The notes under the pieces: model-generated | What the model was told of the DNA's origin: nothing | The model's input: the letters and a program-made list of their open reading frames with translations, nothing else | Databases searched by the model: none | Source of the DNA: Asticcacaulis sp. | GTDB lineage: Bacteria; Pseudomonadota; Alphaproteobacteria; Caulobacterales; Caulobacteraceae | DNA length: 35,451 nucleotides | NCBI GenBank assembly: GCA_046289215.1 | Contig: JBKBWB010000001.1 | Location: 1 to 35,451 of the forward strand | Direction of reading: 5' to 3' | Translations under genes and position numbers: made by a program | Part shown: positions 24,842-34,843 of the stretch, in pieces | Layout: each line of letters starts with the position of its first letter | How positions within the stretch are numbered: the first letter of the stretch is position 1

Positions 24842-27736
24842 ATGACAGGTTTGCGCACAGAAAAACGCCAATTGCGTTCAGGTTTAATCAGCTCTGCATC
24901 CGCAGCCATCCTATTGATTGCGACCAGTGCCATGGCCCAACAGGCTGCCCCGGCGTCGAAACCAGCCTCTGAAGAGGTTCAGGAAGTCGTCGTCACCGGT
25001 TTTCGCAGTTCTCTGCAATCGGCCATCAGTGAAAAGCGTCGCAGTGTCGATATGGTTGACGCTATCAAGGCCGAGGATATCGGGAATTTTCCCGACCTGA
25101 ACCTCGCTGAATCGCTGCAACGTATTCCTGGTATTGCCATTGACCGTGACGGTGGTGAAGGCCGTCAGATTACAGTGCGCGGTCTGAACTCTGAATTCTC
25201 ACGCACGCGACTGAATGGCCTAGAAGCTTTGGCCACGGCAGCAGGTAAAGACGGTGCAGCAGGGACCAATCGTGGTCGCGGCTTTGACTATAACGTATTT
25301 GCGGCGGACCTGTTCAGCGCCCTTACGGTACGCAAGTCGATGTCAGCCGAGGTCGAAGAAGGCTCGCTGGGGGCCACCATCGACCTGCAAACCGCCCGGC
25401 CTTTTGACTATAAAGGCTTTACCATGGCCGCTTCGGCGGCGGCTGGTTACAACAGCGTCTCGAAGGAGGCCAGCCCGCGCACGACCTTCCTGATTTCGAA
25501 CCGCTGGGCTGACGGGCGTTTAGGCGCTTTGCTGTCAGTAGCCTATGAGACCCGAAATGTCCTCGAAGAATCGACCACCACGACGCGCTGGGAAAATTCG
25601 AGTTCAGCGGGTACGGCGGGGCGTTATAAATCCTACAGTACGGACGGCGGCAAGACTTTCATCAACATTCCGACGGGTACGGCTGCCATTATCGATCCGG
25701 AGGCTTTGAAGGTTGTTAATTCACTCCACCCGCGCATACCACGTCACAATCGCTATGAGACCGACCAGAAGCGTCTCGGGATCACCGGCGCGTTCCAGAT
25801 GCGCCCTGTTGAGGGCACCCTGATCACCCTCGAAGGTCTTTACGCGCAATTTGGCGCGGACCGGAAAGAGTGGGAAATCGAAGCCATTTCCTTCTCGCGC
25901 GGCGGAAGAGGCCTGCCGGCTTCATCTGTCTATGATTACGCGATCGATAGCCGCGGCGTCATGACCAAGGGGTCATTCAATGATGTGGATATCCGCTCGG
26001 AAAGCCGCTTTGACGAACTCACCACGACCTTTAAGCAACTGGGCCTGACATGGGATCAAACCTGGTCGGATCGCCTGAGCTCAAAATTGGTCATCGGCGC
26101 CTCTAATTCGCTTCAGGACAACCCAGAGCAAACAACATTTACGTTCGAGTCCTATGACGTTGACGGATACCGCTATGACTACAGCGATCCGACCAATCCA
26201 CGCTTTGACTACGGTAAATCAAATACAGGATGTAAACCGGATCAGGGATGTTACTGGACCTATTCGACCAGCAACAGTCTGGGTGATCGGTCATTGATCC
26301 GACTTCGACCCAATCGTACTGAAAATGCTTTCGATACGATCAAGTTCGATGTGAACTATAATCTCAATGACATGTTCACATTGAAGATGGGGGTGGCTAA
26401 ACGGCATTATGAGTTCAGCTCGAACGAATTTGGTCGTTATACATCTGCACCGCAAACCCGGGATGAAGATGCTGGTGGTTTGATTGCGACTTTGATCAAT
26501 GCCGATATCGCCAAATATTCCAATACTGTTACGGTGGAAGGGAATACTTATCTGATCCCGAACCTGGATCTGATCCGGTCAACCTTTAAGTATGACTGCC
26601 GTTGTACCAATGAGTTTGGTGTGTTCACTATGAACGAAACCAACTCCAGCTCACGAAACAATAATCGTCAAGCTGAAGAAGACAGCATGTCTTATCATGT
26701 CCAGCTAGACTTCAATTTTGATGTGTTCGGTATGCCGCTGCGCGGGAATGTCGGTACGCGTCAAGTTACAACTGATCTGACGGCCACGGGCTTTATCGGT
26801 CAGGGAAACAATGCCGTCCTGACCACAGTCAAACGCAAGTACAAAAACAGTCTGCCCTCGATCAATCTTGTGCTGGAACCGCGCAATGACGTCTTCATTC
26901 GCTTCGCGGCCGCCCAGACCATGGCCCGTCCAACGCTGCTTAGCCAGACCCCGGGTGGGGGCTCGATCAATACGTCAAACCTGTCGGTTACGACGGGTAA
27001 CCCGAACCTTGATCCCGTCCGGTCTGACAATATCGATCTGAGCATCGAATGGTATCCGGATCGCGATACCTTGGTCAGCTTTGCGGTGTTCAAGAAGGAA
27101 ATCAAATCCTACATCCAGCGTGTGGCCACCCAAGTGCCGCTCAGCCAGCTTGGCTACCAAGCTTCGGATTTCGGTTTGACGGGCGACCCGATCTTTACGG
27201 TCACAACCCCAACCAACACACCGGGCGGTCCGCTTGAAGGGTTTGAATTCAGCGTTCAGAAGCCTTTTACCTTCCTCCCGGGCATCCTCAAAAATACTGG
27301 CGGGATCTTCAACTACACGCATGTAGACTCGGACATCACTTACATCATCACGCCCTCTTTGACGGCGCCGGTGATCAAAACTGAGAAGCTCTTGGGCCTC
27401 TCCAATAAGTCGTGGAACATGACGCTCTACTATGAAGATGAGCGTTTCAATGCCCGCGTCTCCTACGCGTCGCGTTCGGGTTACCTGTCACAATTGAACC
27501 CGGGCTCCTCGGCTCTGTTCTGGGGTAAGAACGAGACCAAGAACCTGGATGCTCAGGTCTCCTGGAATGTCAACAAGAACGTCACTGTATCACTTGAGGC
27601 GATCAACCTGACTGACCAAGCCGATGACAAGTTTATCGCCTATGACACTCCGCAAGGAAATAAGGTGGATGATCTGATGTATGAGTATTCCAACACGGGT
27701 CGTCAGTTCTTCCTCACGGCGAAGTACAAGTATTGA
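24842..27736 (+). CDS. TonB-dependent receptor, probable pectin-oligosaccharide transporter
   Basis: SD GGGAG precedes ATG 24842, preferred to GTG 24701. TonB box EVVVTGFR, FPDLNLAESLQRIPG, GNPNLDP and a C-terminal Tyr. Adjacent to pectinases. Confidence 0.92.
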   Translation: MTGLRTEKRQLRSGLISSASAAILLIATSAMAQQAAPASKPASEEVQEVVVTGFRSSLQSAISEKRRSVDMVDAIKAEDIGNFPDLNLAESLQRIPGIAIDRDGGEGRQITVRGLNSEFSRTRLNGLEALATAAGKDGAAGTNRGRGFDYNVFAADLFSALTVRKSMSAEVEEGSLGATIDLQTARPFDYKGFTMAASAAAGYNSVSKEASPRTTFLISNRWADGRLGALLSVAYETRNVLEESTTTTRWENSSSAGTAGRYKSYSTDGGKTFINIPTGTAAIIDPEALKVVNSLHPRIPRHNRYETDQKRLGITGAFQMRPVEGTLITLEGLYAQFGADRKEWEIEAISFSRGGRGLPASSVYDYAIDSRGVMTKGSFNDVDIRSESRFDELTTTFKQLGLTWDQTWSDRLSSKLVIGASNSLQDNPEQTTFTFESYDVDGYRYDYSDPTNPRFDYGKSNTGCKPDQGCYWTYSTSNSLGDRSLIRLRPNRTENAFDTIKFDVNYNLNDMFTLKMGVAKRHYEFSSNEFGRYTSAPQTRDEDAGGLIATLINADIAKYSNTVTVEGNTYLIPNLDLIRSTFKYDCRCTNEFGVFTMNETNSSSRNNNRQAEEDSMSYHVQLDFNFDVFGMPLRGNVGTRQVTTDLTATGFIGQGNNAVLTTVKRKYKNSLPSINLVLEPRNDVFIRFAAAQTMARPTLLSQTPGGGSINTSNLSVTTGNPNLDPVRSDNIDLSIEWYPDRDTLVSFAVFKKEIKSYIQRVATQVPLSQLGYQASDFGLTGDPIFTVTTPTNTPGGPLEGFEFSVQKPFTFLPGILKNTGGIFNYTHVDSDITYIITPSLTAPVIKTEKLLGLSNKSWNMTLYYEDERFNARVSYASRSGYLSQLNPGSSALFWGKNETKNLDAQVSWNVNKNVTVSLEAINLTDQADDKFIAYDTPQGNKVDDLMYEYSNTGRQFFLTAKYKY

Positions 27737-27782
27737 TACAACTCACAGGGGGGGAGTCGTCCCTCCTCCCTTGTCTCTCTCG

Positions 27783-27811
27783 CGCCGGAACTTCGGTTCC
27801 GGCGTTTTTTT
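27783..27811 (+). terminator. Rho-independent terminator of the TBDR
   Basis: CGCCGGAAC-TTCG-GTTCCGGCG followed by T7. Confidence 0.9.
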
Positions 27812-27831
27812 ATGCTCAGAGGGATAAAGAC

Positions 27832-27866
27832 AAAAAAAACCCGCCCGGTTAAAATCCGCGCGGGTT
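27832..27866 (-). terminator. Rho-independent terminator of the GH43-PL10 operon
   Basis: Imperfect stem CCCGC.CGG / CCG.GCGGG with an A8 run at 27832-27839. Confidence 0.65.
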
Positions 27867-27897
27867 CATCTTGTGGACAAGCGGTCTCTTCTGGTGG

Positions 27898-29124
27898 TTA
27901 TCCCGCAGCCGGACGTAAAGGCCCGGTAACCTTGGCTGGAGCCTTTGAAAACCAGGCGTAGCCATTGCGTCGCTCGAGGCTGATGACATTCACATCGTCA
28001 TAGATACGACCGTCACGGTCCCCGAATACGGGCTTGAGTGTGCCCAGGGTATAGTATCGCGACCAAATTGGCCCGGCCCCGGACACAGGAACCAGTTTCA
28101 TGCCGTCCTCGGGTGTGCGCACCCAATCCACGCCAAACAGGGCCAAACGCGCCAGAGCTGCCTTACCCGCCTCATAGGCTTTCGCCAGCGCCGCCCCCTC
28201 TTTTGCCGCATCCCGAAGCAGGGTGAGCACATCCGCGCTTTCGGTGCTTGATAAGGCCACGGGCTCAAAGGCGCGTGCTGCCACCGGCTTGAGGCTTCGG
28301 GCATCATATTGCTGGGCCCATAACGGGGCCCCCAGATCCGGCTGGGTCTGCAGCCTCAGCAACAGCTGCACACCCTTGTCGTATTGTGCGCGCGCCAAGC
28401 CCCGCTCGGAGTCTGTGAGGGCTGAAAATGCGCCCTCCCCATGGGCCACAGCCCGCAACAAGCGCAGGATATTGACCATCATATTGTCATTGAGGGTAAC
28501 CGCGTCGTGATAACCCCCCTGTAGGGGCCAGACCTGGGGCCATCCGCCATTGGGGTACTGGGATGTGGCGATATAGTTCAGCCCTTTTCGCAATGCGGCC
28601 AGCGCAACCTCGGCCATGACATCATCATGACTGATGACTTGCCCAAGGAAAAACAGCTCATGAATCGTGGCCCCGTTGTCAAAGGTGCCGACGTAGCTTC
28701 CCATCCGTTCCGGGCGCGGATCCTTGGCAAAGCCAGAATCAGGCACAAAGCTCTGACCGCGTTGTCGCGGGGCCTTGTCGCGGGGCTGGTTCTTGCCCCA
28801 CCCGCCGACGGGCAGCTGGAATGACAGGATATTGCGAGTCACCTGGCGCCCGGCTTCGGATCGATACCATTCGGCCGGTTGATTCAGCGGCATGGTGCGA
28901 AGGCCGTTGCCATCCTCAGGGGGTAAGGGCAGGCCCGCAAGGCCCGCTCGCTCCTGCGTGAGTTGCGCCAGCATAAGAGCTTTAGCCGCGCTTGATCGTT
29001 CAGCGTAAGCGGTCCAAGCTTCAGCCACGGGGTCCGGGCGTGCGCCCATGTGGGCCAAGGCTGGAACGGGTAGCAACGCCGTTGCGCCCAGAAACATGTG
29101 ACGGCGGTTTAGCAACAGCGTCAT
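27898..29124 (-). CDS. pelA: Pectate lyase, PL10 (PelA/Pel-15E family), Tat-exported
   Basis: Motifs GGWGKN, TFDNGAT, QYPNGGWPQ, LNDN, WAQQYD, ARAFEP and ERRNGYAW. N-terminal NRRHMF twin-arginine signal. Confidence 0.9.
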   Translation of the reverse strand: MTLLLNRRHMFLGATALLPVPALAHMGARPDPVAEAWTAYAERSSAAKALMLAQLTQERAGLAGLPLPPEDGNGLRTMPLNQPAEWYRSEAGRQVTRNILSFQLPVGGWGKNQPRDKAPRQRGQSFVPDSGFAKDPRPERMGSYVGTFDNGATIHELFFLGQVISHDDVMAEVALAALRKGLNYIATSQYPNGGWPQVWPLQGGYHDAVTLNDNMMVNILRLLRAVAHGEGAFSALTDSERGLARAQYDKGVQLLLRLQTQPDLGAPLWAQQYDARSLKPVAARAFEPVALSSTESADVLTLLRDAAKEGAALAKAYEAGKAALARLALFGVDWVRTPEDGMKLVPVSGAGPIWSRYYTLGTLKPVFGDRDGRIYDDVNVISLERRNGYAWFSKAPAKVTGPLRPAAG

Positions 29125-29140
29125 GAGACAGCCTTTCAGC

Positions 29141-30802
29141 TCAAAGGGCGCGATAGGTCAGATCAGAAAAGGTGGCCTCGCCGGCGCCGGCGGCGTAAAG
29201 CCCGGGACGCAGCGCGAGGAAGCCGCCCTTGGTATTGTGATGATAGCCTGATACATCCATGCCGCGATCAAAGCGATCCCACTGCTCACCATCTTTGGAC
29301 AGCCAATAGCTGACGATATGGTCCCGGTTCAGCACCCGTAACCATAACGCGCGGCCATAGGGGTTCGCCGGACGACCGCGTTCCAGCCCATATTGGTGCG
29401 TGACAAAGCGCTCGGCATCAAACCCTAAACCACAGTAGAGCTGGTCATCGTAAAACAACACCACACCGGCGGTGGTCCCTTCGCCCAAGCGGATCCGACA
29501 GGTGACGCTATAGCGTCGGTCACCGACCGTCAGGCACAACGGCGATGACGTCCGCGGCGATTGGCCCCGTGCAGACAGGATCAGCTGGCCATTGTCGCGG
29601 CGAATCCGGGCCTTGTCAGCCGCATCGGGCTTAAAAAAGGCCCACTTAATGCCATAGGTATCGTCGCGGAAATCATCGGACAGGGCGTTCGGTTTAAAGG
29701 ATCCTTGCGCTTGGCCCGGGAAGGGCACGCGAAGCGGCTTGGACAGATCCCCACCGCCAACGTCAAACCAGCCGTCTGCGTCCCATGTGACGGGCGCCAG
29801 CAGGGTTTGGCGCCCTAGAGTCACAAAGTCCCGTTCATAACCATGGTAGACAGCCCACCAATTTCCCGGACTGGCTTCAAAGATTGTGGCATGGCCACGC
29901 GACCACCACAGCTCGTCGCGGTTTTGTGTCCGGACTAACGGGTTACGCGGATGGTGTTCCCAGGGACCGTGCAGACTGCGCGACCGGGCCGCTATGACCA
30001 TGTGGCCAGTCGGCGGGCCGGCTGTCCCGCCGACAGCGGTCACCATGTAGAACCAAGCCCCTCTGCGGAAAATCTTTGGGCCCTCAGGGGAAAAGCCTTC
30101 AACATCCCAATCAGAAGGGTAGCGCCAAGGGTCATAGACTTTTTCCGGCACACCGAGTGTCCGCAGCCCATCATCCGATAGTCTGACCCGCTGTCCGCCA
30201 TTCAGGAACAGCCAGCGGCTACCATCCTCAGCGACAGCGTGTCCCGGATCAATGTTACGCGGCAGGTTCAGGTCAAGGGGCTCGCTCCACGGACCTTCCG
30301 GGTCAGGCGCCGTCATCACCCAGTTTGTGGTTTTGGACCCGGGCTGACCATTCGCCTTGGTTGGAAAGTAAAGGTAGTAGCGGCCCTTGTGGGCGCATAA
30401 CTCCGGGGCCCATACCGATCCGACGGGTGTCGTCAGGGCCGCCGTCACCGGGGTCCAGTTCAGCAAGTCTTCCGAACGCCAGATCAGCAGGCCCGGATAG
30501 ACATCAAAGGTTGAAAAGACCATGTAGAACAAGACTTTTCCACGCTTTTCCACGCGCAAGATCGAGGGATCAGGGCGGTCGCCCGAGACAATTGGGTTGA
30601 GGAACAGTCCGTCGCCCAGATTCGCTTGTCTTTGGCCTTCTGGACCCCGAGACCATTGCGGCTCTTCACGGGCATCACAGATTGGCGAAGGAGTCTTTTG
30701 AGTTTCGGATCTTGAGTGCCCTGGAAGCAGCCCCGCTAACCCTGTTCCACCAGCAAGGCCAAGGAGGCCTTGTTTAAACAGATGGCGGCGGTCGAGTCTC
30801 AT
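29141..30802 (-). CDS. Glycoside hydrolase family 43 (beta-xylosidase/arabinofuranosidase type) with C-terminal beta-sandwich, Tat-exported
   Basis: Motifs NPIVSGDRPDPSI, WAPEL, IDPGH, EGPK, GHATI and GRQTLL. DRRHLF Tat motif. Start is ATG 30802 or GTG 30814. Confidence 0.9.
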   Translation of the reverse strand: MRLDRRHLFKQGLLGLAGGTGLAGLLPGHSRSETQKTPSPICDAREEPQWSRGPEGQRQANLGDGLFLNPIVSGDRPDPSILRVEKRGKVLFYMVFSTFDVYPGLLIWRSEDLLNWTPVTAALTTPVGSVWAPELCAHKGRYYLYFPTKANGQPGSKTTNWVMTAPDPEGPWSEPLDLNLPRNIDPGHAVAEDGSRWLFLNGGQRVRLSDDGLRTLGVPEKVYDPWRYPSDWDVEGFSPEGPKIFRRGAWFYMVTAVGGTAGPPTGHMVIAARSRSLHGPWEHHPRNPLVRTQNRDELWWSRGHATIFEASPGNWWAVYHGYERDFVTLGRQTLLAPVTWDADGWFDVGGGDLSKPLRVPFPGQAQGSFKPNALSDDFRDDTYGIKWAFFKPDAADKARIRRDNGQLILSARGQSPRTSSPLCLTVGDRRYSVTCRIRLGEGTTAGVVLFYDDQLYCGLGFDAERFVTHQYGLERGRPANPYGRALWLRVLNRDHIVSYWLSKDGEQWDRFDRGMDVSGYHHNTKGGFLALRPGLYAAGAGEATFSDLTYRAL

Positions 30803-30831
30803 GGTTTTGTCCACTTCTGCGTTCGCCCATA

Positions 30832-30843
30832 GACACCGGTGTC
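30832..30843. promoter_or_regulatory. Second copy of the operator GACACCGGTGTC in the divergent GH43/CE12 promoter
   Basis: Exact 12-bp palindrome identical to the core at 24806-24817. Confidence 0.75.
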
Positions 30844-30898
30844 AATGCGAGTTTAGAGTGATCCCGCCTTGAATCAAGCCACCAGAGTGGAGCGTGTT

Positions 30899-31774
30899 AT
30901 GAAATCGGCTCTCAGCCCCTTGTTTTCGAGACTCCTGCTCTCACTCGGTCTGGTCTTTTGCCTCACTCAAGCTTTGGCGTCTCAACCAACGCCGTCGGTT
31001 CAAACCTCGATCAATACCCTCAAGATCGTGTTGGTTGGGGACTCGACCATGCAAAGTCAGACTGGCTATGGCGGGGCCTTCTGCGCCTATCATGTGGCCC
31101 CGGCTGTTGCTTGCCTTAACCTCGGGCGAGGGGGCCGTTCGACCTCATCTTACAGAGCCGAAGGGTCCTGGGACGTGGCTTTGGGCGAGATGCGTAACCC
31201 GCGCCATAGCAAAACCTATGTGCTGATCCAGTTCGGCCACAACGATATGCCCGGCAAGCCTGGGCGGTCCACAGATCTGAAAACGGAATATCCGGCGAAC
31301 CTCGTGGCTTACATCCACGAGACTCGGGCGGCGGGGGCCATACCGGTGTTGGTGACGCCTCTGACAAGACGCAGCTTTAAAGACGGAGCGCTGGTTGATG
31401 ATTTGGCGCCTTGGGTTGCGGCTATGCGGTCGGTTGCCCGGGATCATTCGGTTCCATTAGTGGAGCTCAATGCCGTCAGCCGTGAGCAAACCATCGCCGC
31501 GGGCCCGGTGGGGTCGCTGAGCTTTGCCCAAGTCGCTCCGGATCCATCTCTCGTCCTTGCAGCCAGAACCGGCACGAGCGGAAAAGCTGCGGGTAAGCCT
31601 GAACCCCGGCCCGCGCCCCAAAGCGGTCCGGCCCGTCACCGGATCACGCCTTATTTTGACTATACGCATCTCGGGACTGAGGGCGCGATGCGAACGGCCT
31701 ATGCATTTACCCAGGCGCTCGGTACAGCCGTACCGGATCTTGCCCCCTACTTAATTGAAGAGTCGCCGCGATGA
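30899..31774 (+). CDS. Rhamnogalacturonan/pectin acetylesterase (CE12, SGNH hydrolase)
   Basis: Motifs VGDST, GRGGRS, IQFGHND, TPLTRR and DYTH. Signal peptide; SD GGAG precedes ATG 30899. Confidence 0.88.
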   Translation: MKSALSPLFSRLLLSLGLVFCLTQALASQPTPSVQTSINTLKIVLVGDSTMQSQTGYGGAFCAYHVAPAVACLNLGRGGRSTSSYRAEGSWDVALGEMRNPRHSKTYVLIQFGHNDMPGKPGRSTDLKTEYPANLVAYIHETRAAGAIPVLVTPLTRRSFKDGALVDDLAPWVAAMRSVARDHSVPLVELNAVSREQTIAAGPVGSLSFAQVAPDPSLVLAARTGTSGKAAGKPEPRPAPQSGPARHRITPYFDYTHLGTEGAMRTAYAFTQALGTAVPDLAPYLIEESPR

Positions 31775-33405
31775 CGGCATGCACGATCAATCGCCGCTCT
31801 GTGATTGCAGGGGGCGGCGCGGGCGCTCTGATCGCGACGGGCATGTCCAATGAGACTGTCGCCAAGCCTGTCCGTATGCGGACTGTTCGTGTGGCGACCC
31901 GTTCTGGGATGGTTGAGGGCCGAATTCAGGACGGGGTTATCGCTTTTGACGGCATTCCATATGGCGCTGATACAGGCCCCTCGCGTTTTCAGCCCCCACA
32001 GGAACCGGAGCCTTGGCGTGGCATAGGCAATGGTCCGGACCGTCAACGGGCTTGCTGGCAGAATGCGGCGACGGACGTGCCGCAATCTGAGGATTGTTTG
32101 TTTCTCAATCTGACGACACCGCGGTGTGACTCAGCCCAGCGACCCGTCCTCGTCTATGTGCATGGCGGGGCCTACATGACGGGCACCGCCGCAGATCCAC
32201 TTTATGATGGAGCGGCTTTAGCCGCCAAGCATGATGTGGTCGTGGTGCGGATCAATCATCGTTTGAATGTGTTCGGGTATCTCTATCTTGATCCGATTGC
32301 CCGAAAAGTAGGGGGACCGTCAAAACGCTATTTCGGATCCGGGAATGCGGGGCAAGCGGACTTAATTTTGGCTTTGCACTGGATCCGAACCCACATCCGC
32401 GATTTCGGTGGGGATCCAAGCCGGATCCTGATCTTTGGCCAATCAGGCGGGGGCGCAAAAATCGCGACCCTTATGGCCCAGCCGGACGCCGCAGGCCTGT
32501 TCAACCGGGTCCTGACCATGTCGGGCCAACAGGTCACCGCATCTGGCCCCCTCAACGCAACACGACGCACCCGCGCCCTTTTGTCGACATTGGGTGTGCC
32601 CGAAACCGAAGCTGGATTATCGCAACTGCAGAAAATCCCCCAGCGTGATCTGCTTCAGGCCCTCAAGATCACGGACCCGATCCTGCAAACAGGTGGGCTC
32701 TACCTGGGTCCGGTAATGGATGGCAAAGCCTTGATGCGGCACCCATTTTTTCCGGATGCACCAAGGCAATCCGCCCGAATACCCATGATCATCGGCAATA
32801 CCCGCGAGGAGACCCGCTACTTTTATGCGCGAAGTCCTGAGTTTTTCACCCTCGATTGGGCCGGGTTGATGGAGGCCTTACCGGGCGGGATGCGGGTCGA
32901 TATCGATCCAACGCGCGTCATAGACACATATCGCCGCCTTTATCCCGAGGCGGATGCGAGTACGATCTTTTTTCTGGCGACGACAGTTTCCCGATCATGG
33001 CGCGGTGCCGTCGAAGAGCTTGAAGCGCGGGCCCGGCAAGTCGGCCGTGATGTAGCGTCGACCTGGACCTATCAACTGAACTGGAAATCCCCCTTGGATG
33101 CGGGCCGGTTCGGGGCATGCCATACGCTCGACATTCCACTTATGTTTGGCACGACTCGTGCCAAAGGCGCGCTGAGCGGTGACGGGCCTGAAGCGCGTCG
33201 CCTTGCGGATCAGTGCGGAACCCTACTGGCCCGATTTGCCCGAACAGGTGATCCGCGTGGGCCAGAGGTGGCCGACTGGGCTCCCTATGATCTGGGCCGC
33301 CGGACCACCCTGATGTTGGACTTGCCCTTGTCAATCGCAGAAGATCCGCGAGGGGAAGAACGAAGACTGTTTGCAAGTGTCCCTTATGTTCAGCCCGGAA
33401 CCTGA
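31771..33405 (+). CDS. Type-B carboxylesterase, Tat-exported
   Basis: Motifs SEDCLFLN, HGGAY, GQSGG (Ser), GNTREE (Glu) and GACHTLDI (His). NRRSVI signal. ATGA overlap with CE12. Confidence 0.9.
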   Translation: MTACTINRRSVIAGGGAGALIATGMSNETVAKPVRMRTVRVATRSGMVEGRIQDGVIAFDGIPYGADTGPSRFQPPQEPEPWRGIGNGPDRQRACWQNAATDVPQSEDCLFLNLTTPRCDSAQRPVLVYVHGGAYMTGTAADPLYDGAALAAKHDVVVVRINHRLNVFGYLYLDPIARKVGGPSKRYFGSGNAGQADLILALHWIRTHIRDFGGDPSRILIFGQSGGGAKIATLMAQPDAAGLFNRVLTMSGQQVTASGPLNATRRTRALLSTLGVPETEAGLSQLQKIPQRDLLQALKITDPILQTGGLYLGPVMDGKALMRHPFFPDAPRQSARIPMIIGNTREETRYFYARSPEFFTLDWAGLMEALPGGMRVDIDPTRVIDTYRRLYPEADASTIFFLATTVSRSWRGAVEELEARARQVGRDVASTWTYQLNWKSPLDAGRFGACHTLDIPLMFGTTRAKGALSGDGPEARRLADQCGTLLARFARTGDPRGPEVADWAPYDLGRRTTLMLDLPLSIAEDPRGEERRLFASVPYVQPGT

Positions 33406-33407
33406 GA

Positions 33408-34787
33408 TTACCGGAGCTTTGACCGAAGATCTTTGAACAGGCTGGCCCATCCAGCTTTCGGCGCCATTGTGCCAAGATCCCAATCCGCCTCCTGAAACGC
33501 CTTATACGTCGGCGCATATTTGGGATAACCGCTGCTGTTTTCGGTCTCCGCGTCGATAATCAGGCCCCGCCCTTCCGCCACGTCGGAAAGCAGTTTTAAG
33601 TCAATCAGGTCTCGATCCCATGGACGTGCCCCAGCGGTACGATAGATCTCATTTTCGATACGGGCCGCCGGGATGATACGGATATCCCCAGGCAAATAGG
33701 GGCGTTTATCAGCGAGCATGCGCGCGGAGGACTGAGTATATCGCCCCGTTAAGGGCAAAGGCTTGCCAAACATATCGACGGCGATGTTATCGCGTATGTG
33801 GACAAGCACATCCCCATTTCCGCCGAGTAGAAACAGCGGAAGCCCGGACGCTGTATCCGGCCCGGCCCGGTAAACATTACCAACAATTGCTAAGCGTCCT
33901 GACTGAAATGCACGCCCCTGCCATTCATGATCTATCAGATTGTAATGAATGGCGCGCTTGCCAGGGTTGTAGATGAAGTTGTTCACTTGGGCCGCATGGA
34001 CCCCACCTTTGAACAAGGCATTTCGCTCATAATTTGAAGCGTAGAGGTTCCCATAAAGCAGCAAGCCGGTAACGTTATCGTGGAACAAGCTACCCTTGGA
34101 ATGCTCCCCCTTAGGGTGGATCGAATGGCTCAGGCACTCATAGATCAGGTTGTTGGAATAGGTGATCTTGTGGGATGTCCCCCGCCGCCACTCTGCTGGG
34201 GTTTCTCCGGCAAATCGCGTTCCCGAGGCCGATAGATTTTCGTCGGAGCCCCATGACAAAGAGCAGTGATCGACAATAACGTTGTGGCTACGCGTTGCAC
34301 AAAAGCTGTCGTAATCTGGCCCTGCCTTTTTGGCGTGTCCTGCTTCGCCGGGTCTAAACATAATATGCTGAATAATCACATTGTGCGTATCCAGTGTATT
34401 GGTCTCGCCCCGGATAAGGGTGATGCCCGGTGACGGCGCTGTCTGGCCCGCGATTGTGATGTATGGGTTTTTGATCGACAGGGTTCGCGTCTGAAGATCA
34501 ATGACGCCGCCAACCTCAAAGACGACGATACGCGGACCTTCGGCTTCCACGGCCGCGCGCAGGGATCCGGGGCCCTCATTGGCCAGGGTTGTGACCCGTA
34601 TGATCCGCCCCCCCGTTCCGCCGACCGTATCGCGAGCCCAACCTTTGATGTCGTATGTGGCCGGGTTGAGCACAAAGCGGGGACCGGTTTTTTTACGCTT
34701 CCGTCGGGTCTTGGCACTGGCCTCGTCGGTGAGGATGGCGGCGGACAGGGCGGCGCTTCCAAAGAGCATGTGGCGGCGTTGCAGCAT
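33408..34787 (-). CDS. Pectate lyase, PL1-type beta-helix, Tat-exported
   Basis: Motifs GGTGGRIIRVTTL, GSLRAAV, PRIVVFEVGG, TIAGQTAPSPGI and VDHCSLSWGSDE. QRRHML Tat motif. Confidence 0.86.
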   Translation of the reverse strand: MLQRRHMLFGSAALSAAILTDEASAKTRRKRKKTGPRFVLNPATYDIKGWARDTVGGTGGRIIRVTTLANEGPGSLRAAVEAEGPRIVVFEVGGVIDLQTRTLSIKNPYITIAGQTAPSPGITLIRGETNTLDTHNVIIQHIMFRPGEAGHAKKAGPDYDSFCATRSHNVIVDHCSLSWGSDENLSASGTRFAGETPAEWRRGTSHKITYSNNLIYECLSHSIHPKGEHSKGSLFHDNVTGLLLYGNLYASNYERNALFKGGVHAAQVNNFIYNPGKRAIHYNLIDHEWQGRAFQSGRLAIVGNVYRAGPDTASGLPLFLLGGNGDVLVHIRDNIAVDMFGKPLPLTGRYTQSSARMLADKRPYLPGDIRIIPAARIENEIYRTAGARPWDRDLIDLKLLSDVAEGRGLIIDAETENSSGYPKYAPTYKAFQEADWDLGTMAPKAGWASLFKDLRSKLR

Positions 34788-34843
34788 GTGAGTTTCCCTA
34801 TTTTTATCTTTTCTTGGCAGATCGCGTCCGGCTAAAGGGCGCC

